DNA of 64,000 nucleotides from an uncultured Saccharospirillaceae bacterium (GTDB lineage Bacteria; Pseudomonadota; Gammaproteobacteria; Pseudomonadales; Oceanobacteraceae): NCBI GenBank assembly GCA_947503895.1, contig CANNFT010000004.1, positions 324,871 to 388,870 of the forward strand, read 5' to 3'. Shown piece by piece: positions 61,783 to 64,000 of this stretch (position 1 is its first letter; each line of letters starts with the position of its first letter). The notes under the pieces were generated by a model. It saw only the letters and a program-made list of their open reading frames with translations, ran no database searches and was not told where the DNA came from. The position numbers and the translations under genes were made by a program.

Positions 61783-64000
61783 TTAGTTTAATGTCACTTG
61801 AAGAATACTGCGGCGTAATTCAGCGTTGAGTAGAATCTTCGTGTCATCTGCAATGTTTTCAATGCGTTCACCAAAGTGAATATCCTGTTGTTCGTCGAGC
61901 GTTAAGATATTTCGCTCCTGTAGCTCATCAATCAAGTTTCTAAATAAGGCCTTATCGAAAAACTCAGGAGCATTGAGACCATGCAGAATGGATATGCGTT
62001 GTGCCATCAGTGAACAGCGGGAAACCATCTCATCTTTATTTAGTGTGCCCGATCCAGAACGTTGTAATAATGCAATGGCAATATAGTATCGTTCGAGTAT
62101 TTGAATCACCTGCTGTGACAGCACAGACAGCATTATAAAGTCATTCGAACTCACCGACGGGCGAACCAGCATGCCATTCTTTTCCGTTAAGTAGCCTTTT
62201 TCTATGAAGAGGTCGACCCAGTGTTCAATGACGCTCTCAATATCGTCTTCTTTCCAGTGTAAGAACAACTCTGCCTTCATATAAGGGTAAATGGTCTTGG
62301 CAAAGCGAATGAGGTCGTCTCGTTTCAATTGATAATTATTAATGAACAATGAGGCCAGCATTGAAGGCACAGCAAAGACGTGCACCACGTTATTGCGGTA
62401 ATACGTCAGCATGACGGCTTGGGTTTCATCGACATTGATTATGTCACCCAAGGGGTGCTTTAAACGTTCCACGACTTTCATCTTTTCTGCGTAAGCAATC
62501 CAATCTTTGCCATTGCCTTCGGGTAGCGTTGTTAAATGGCTATAGGGCTGGGAGGACACCAGTTCCTTAAATAAGTCGAGAGTTTGCGCCAGAATATTCT
62601 CATCCATGGCTTGCCTCGGCGTGGCTAACAGCGCGAGAGAAATCATGTTGATAGGGTTTAACGCAGCGGCTTTGTTGATTTGCGTGACCACTTCAAGCGC
62701 CAAGTTATTTACGGTGTCTTTTGTCCATTCAGGACGGAAATCTTCACCCATATCCTCATCGCGCCAGCCAGGACGCTCCCCATCTAAAAAGGATTTCAAA
62801 TCGATGGGGTCGCCGAATGTCACGTACACTTGACCAAAGTTTTTCTTTAAATCTTTGAACGTTTTGGTTAAGCCTAACAACGACTCTTTTTTCTTGGTTT
62901 TACCACGTAGCTCACCAATGTAAGTGCCGCCTTCAAAGACTTTCTCGTAGCCCACGTAAACCGGCATGAACACGATGGGTTTATGGCTGTCGCGCAAGAA
63001 GCTGCGCACTGTCATGGCCAGCATGCCTGCACGCGGTTTAAGTGTCCGGCCCGTACGGCTACGACCACCCTCCACAAAGTATTCTGTGCTGTAGCCGGAT
63101 GTGAAGATCGCGTGTAGATACTCATCGAAAACCGCGCTGTAGAGCGGGTTATCTTTAAAGCTACGACGCATGAAGAAAGCACCGCCTCGACGCAATATCG
63201 GCCCCAGAACGGGCATGTTTAAATTGATACCGGCCGCAATCTGAGGCGGCACATAACCATTGGCGAAGAGCAAGTAAGAGAGCAACAAGTAATCTATGTG
63301 GCTGCGATGACAAGGGACATAGATGACTTCATTGTTTTTATGAACTTCCTGCAATGTGCTCAAATTATGTACTTTGATGCCGTTGTAGATTTTGTTCCAC
63401 AACCAAGTGAGGACAATATCTAAAAATCGAATGGTGGAATGGCTTTGGTTGGAAGCAATTTCGTCACCATATTTAATGGCGCGGGCAACGGCTTTTTCTC
63501 GGCTAATGTTTTTATCAGCCATTTCTTGTTCGATAGCTGCTTTAACGAGAGGTTTTCGAACCAGTCTGTGAACCAGAGTCCGGCGATGACTTAAGTCAGG
63601 CCCGATCACGGCCGTTCGAATATTACGGAAATGTACCCGCAATAGACGACCCAGCTTGCGAATCATTCGCTTGCGGTCTAGGTCTTGACTATCTTCGAGC
63701 AAATTTCTTAGTGATATAGGGGCACTTAAGTGAACGGTTGTATTTCGGCCATTTGTGAGAATAGTAAACAAAGTTCTTAGGCGGCCGCTCACTGACCAAG
63801 TATCCCCTAGCCATATTTTTAGCCAGCTCTTCTCTCTTTTAGGTTCTCTGCCCCAAAAAACGTTAACGGGCACGACTTGAACATCCAAATCCGGTTGGCT
63901 ATCGCAGGCTTCCAACATGGCATTCACCGTTGGATGCAGATAAGGCATGTTTCGTTTACTCATGAACCCACCTTCTGGGCGAGACATGAAGACAATTCGA
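61783..64000 (-). CDS. plsB: Glycerol-3-phosphate O-acyltransferase, 5' end outside the window
   Basis: HX4D motif CHRSHIDY, GAFFMRRSF, FVEGGRSRTG. Confidence 0.95.
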   Translation of the reverse strand, partial: RIVFMSRPEGGFMSKRNMPYLHPTVNAMLEACDSQPDLDVQVVPVNVFWGREPKREKSWLKIWLGDTWSVSGRLRTLFTILTNGRNTTVHLSAPISLRNLLEDSQDLDRKRMIRKLGRLLRVHFRNIRTAVIGPDLSHRRTLVHRLVRKPLVKAAIEQEMADKNISREKAVARAIKYGDEIASNQSHSTIRFLDIVLTWLWNKIYNGIKVHNLSTLQEVHKNNEVIYVPCHRSHIDYLLLSYLLFANGYVPPQIAAGINLNMPVLGPILRRGGAFFMRRSFKDNPLYSAVFDEYLHAIFTSGYSTEYFVEGGRSRTGRTLKPRAGMLAMTVRSFLRDSHKPIVFMPVYVGYEKVFEGGTYIGELRGKTKKKESLLGLTKTFKDLKKNFGQVYVTFGDPIDLKSFLDGERPGWRDEDMGEDFRPEWTKDTVNNLALEVVTQINKAAALNPINMISLALLATPRQAMDENILAQTLDLFKELVSSQPYSHLTTLPEGNGKDWIAYAEKMKVVERLKHPLGDIINVDETQAVMLTYYRNNVVHVFAVPSMLASLFINNYQLKRDDLIRFAKTIYPYMKAELFLHWKEDDIESVIEHWVDLFIEKGYLTEKNGMLVRPSVSSNDFIMLSVLSQQVIQILERYYIAIALLQRSGSGTLNKDEMVSRCSLMAQRISILHGLNAPEFFDKALFRNLIDELQERNILTLDEQQDIHFGERIENIADDTKILLNAELRRSILQVTLN

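Overview
64-kb chromosomal segment of a gammaproteobacterium, probably marine and Oceanospirillales/Pseudomonadales-like (inferred from the rsmJ-uppP-tsaB...adk-ppc...plsB gene order and nhaB). It is mostly core and metabolic genes: a complete leucine/isovalerate catabolic operon (liuR-liuABCDE plus acetoacetate-CoA ligase) with a LiuR operator, a tRNA-modification cluster (truC, cmoA, cmoB, cmoM), moaA, nhaB, rlmJ, an oxidative-defence neighbourhood (MauG/BthA-type di-heme lipoprotein, katG with an OxyR-like site, AhpD-RclR-like pair), two accessory helicases, rsmJ, uppP, tsaB, adk, ppc and a truncated plsB. I saw no rRNA, tRNA, CRISPR array, transposase, integrase or phage gene. The most interesting signals are: (1) a lipoprotein fusing an SXXC DsbA-like domain to GspC-like HR and PDZ domains, inside a ~6.5-kb accessory block between tsaB and adk that also holds a histone-H1-like protein, a RyhB-seed-like sequence and a 17-bp tandem repeat; (2) an orphan small secreted protein whose sequence pattern resembles the Shiga-toxin B (AB5 OB-fold) subunit; (3) a DARS/datA-like DnaA-box cluster with an IHF-like site away from any oriC marker gene; (4) a candidate Rsm/Csr-type sRNA. 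All assignments come from reading motifs by eye; no database search or folding program was run.
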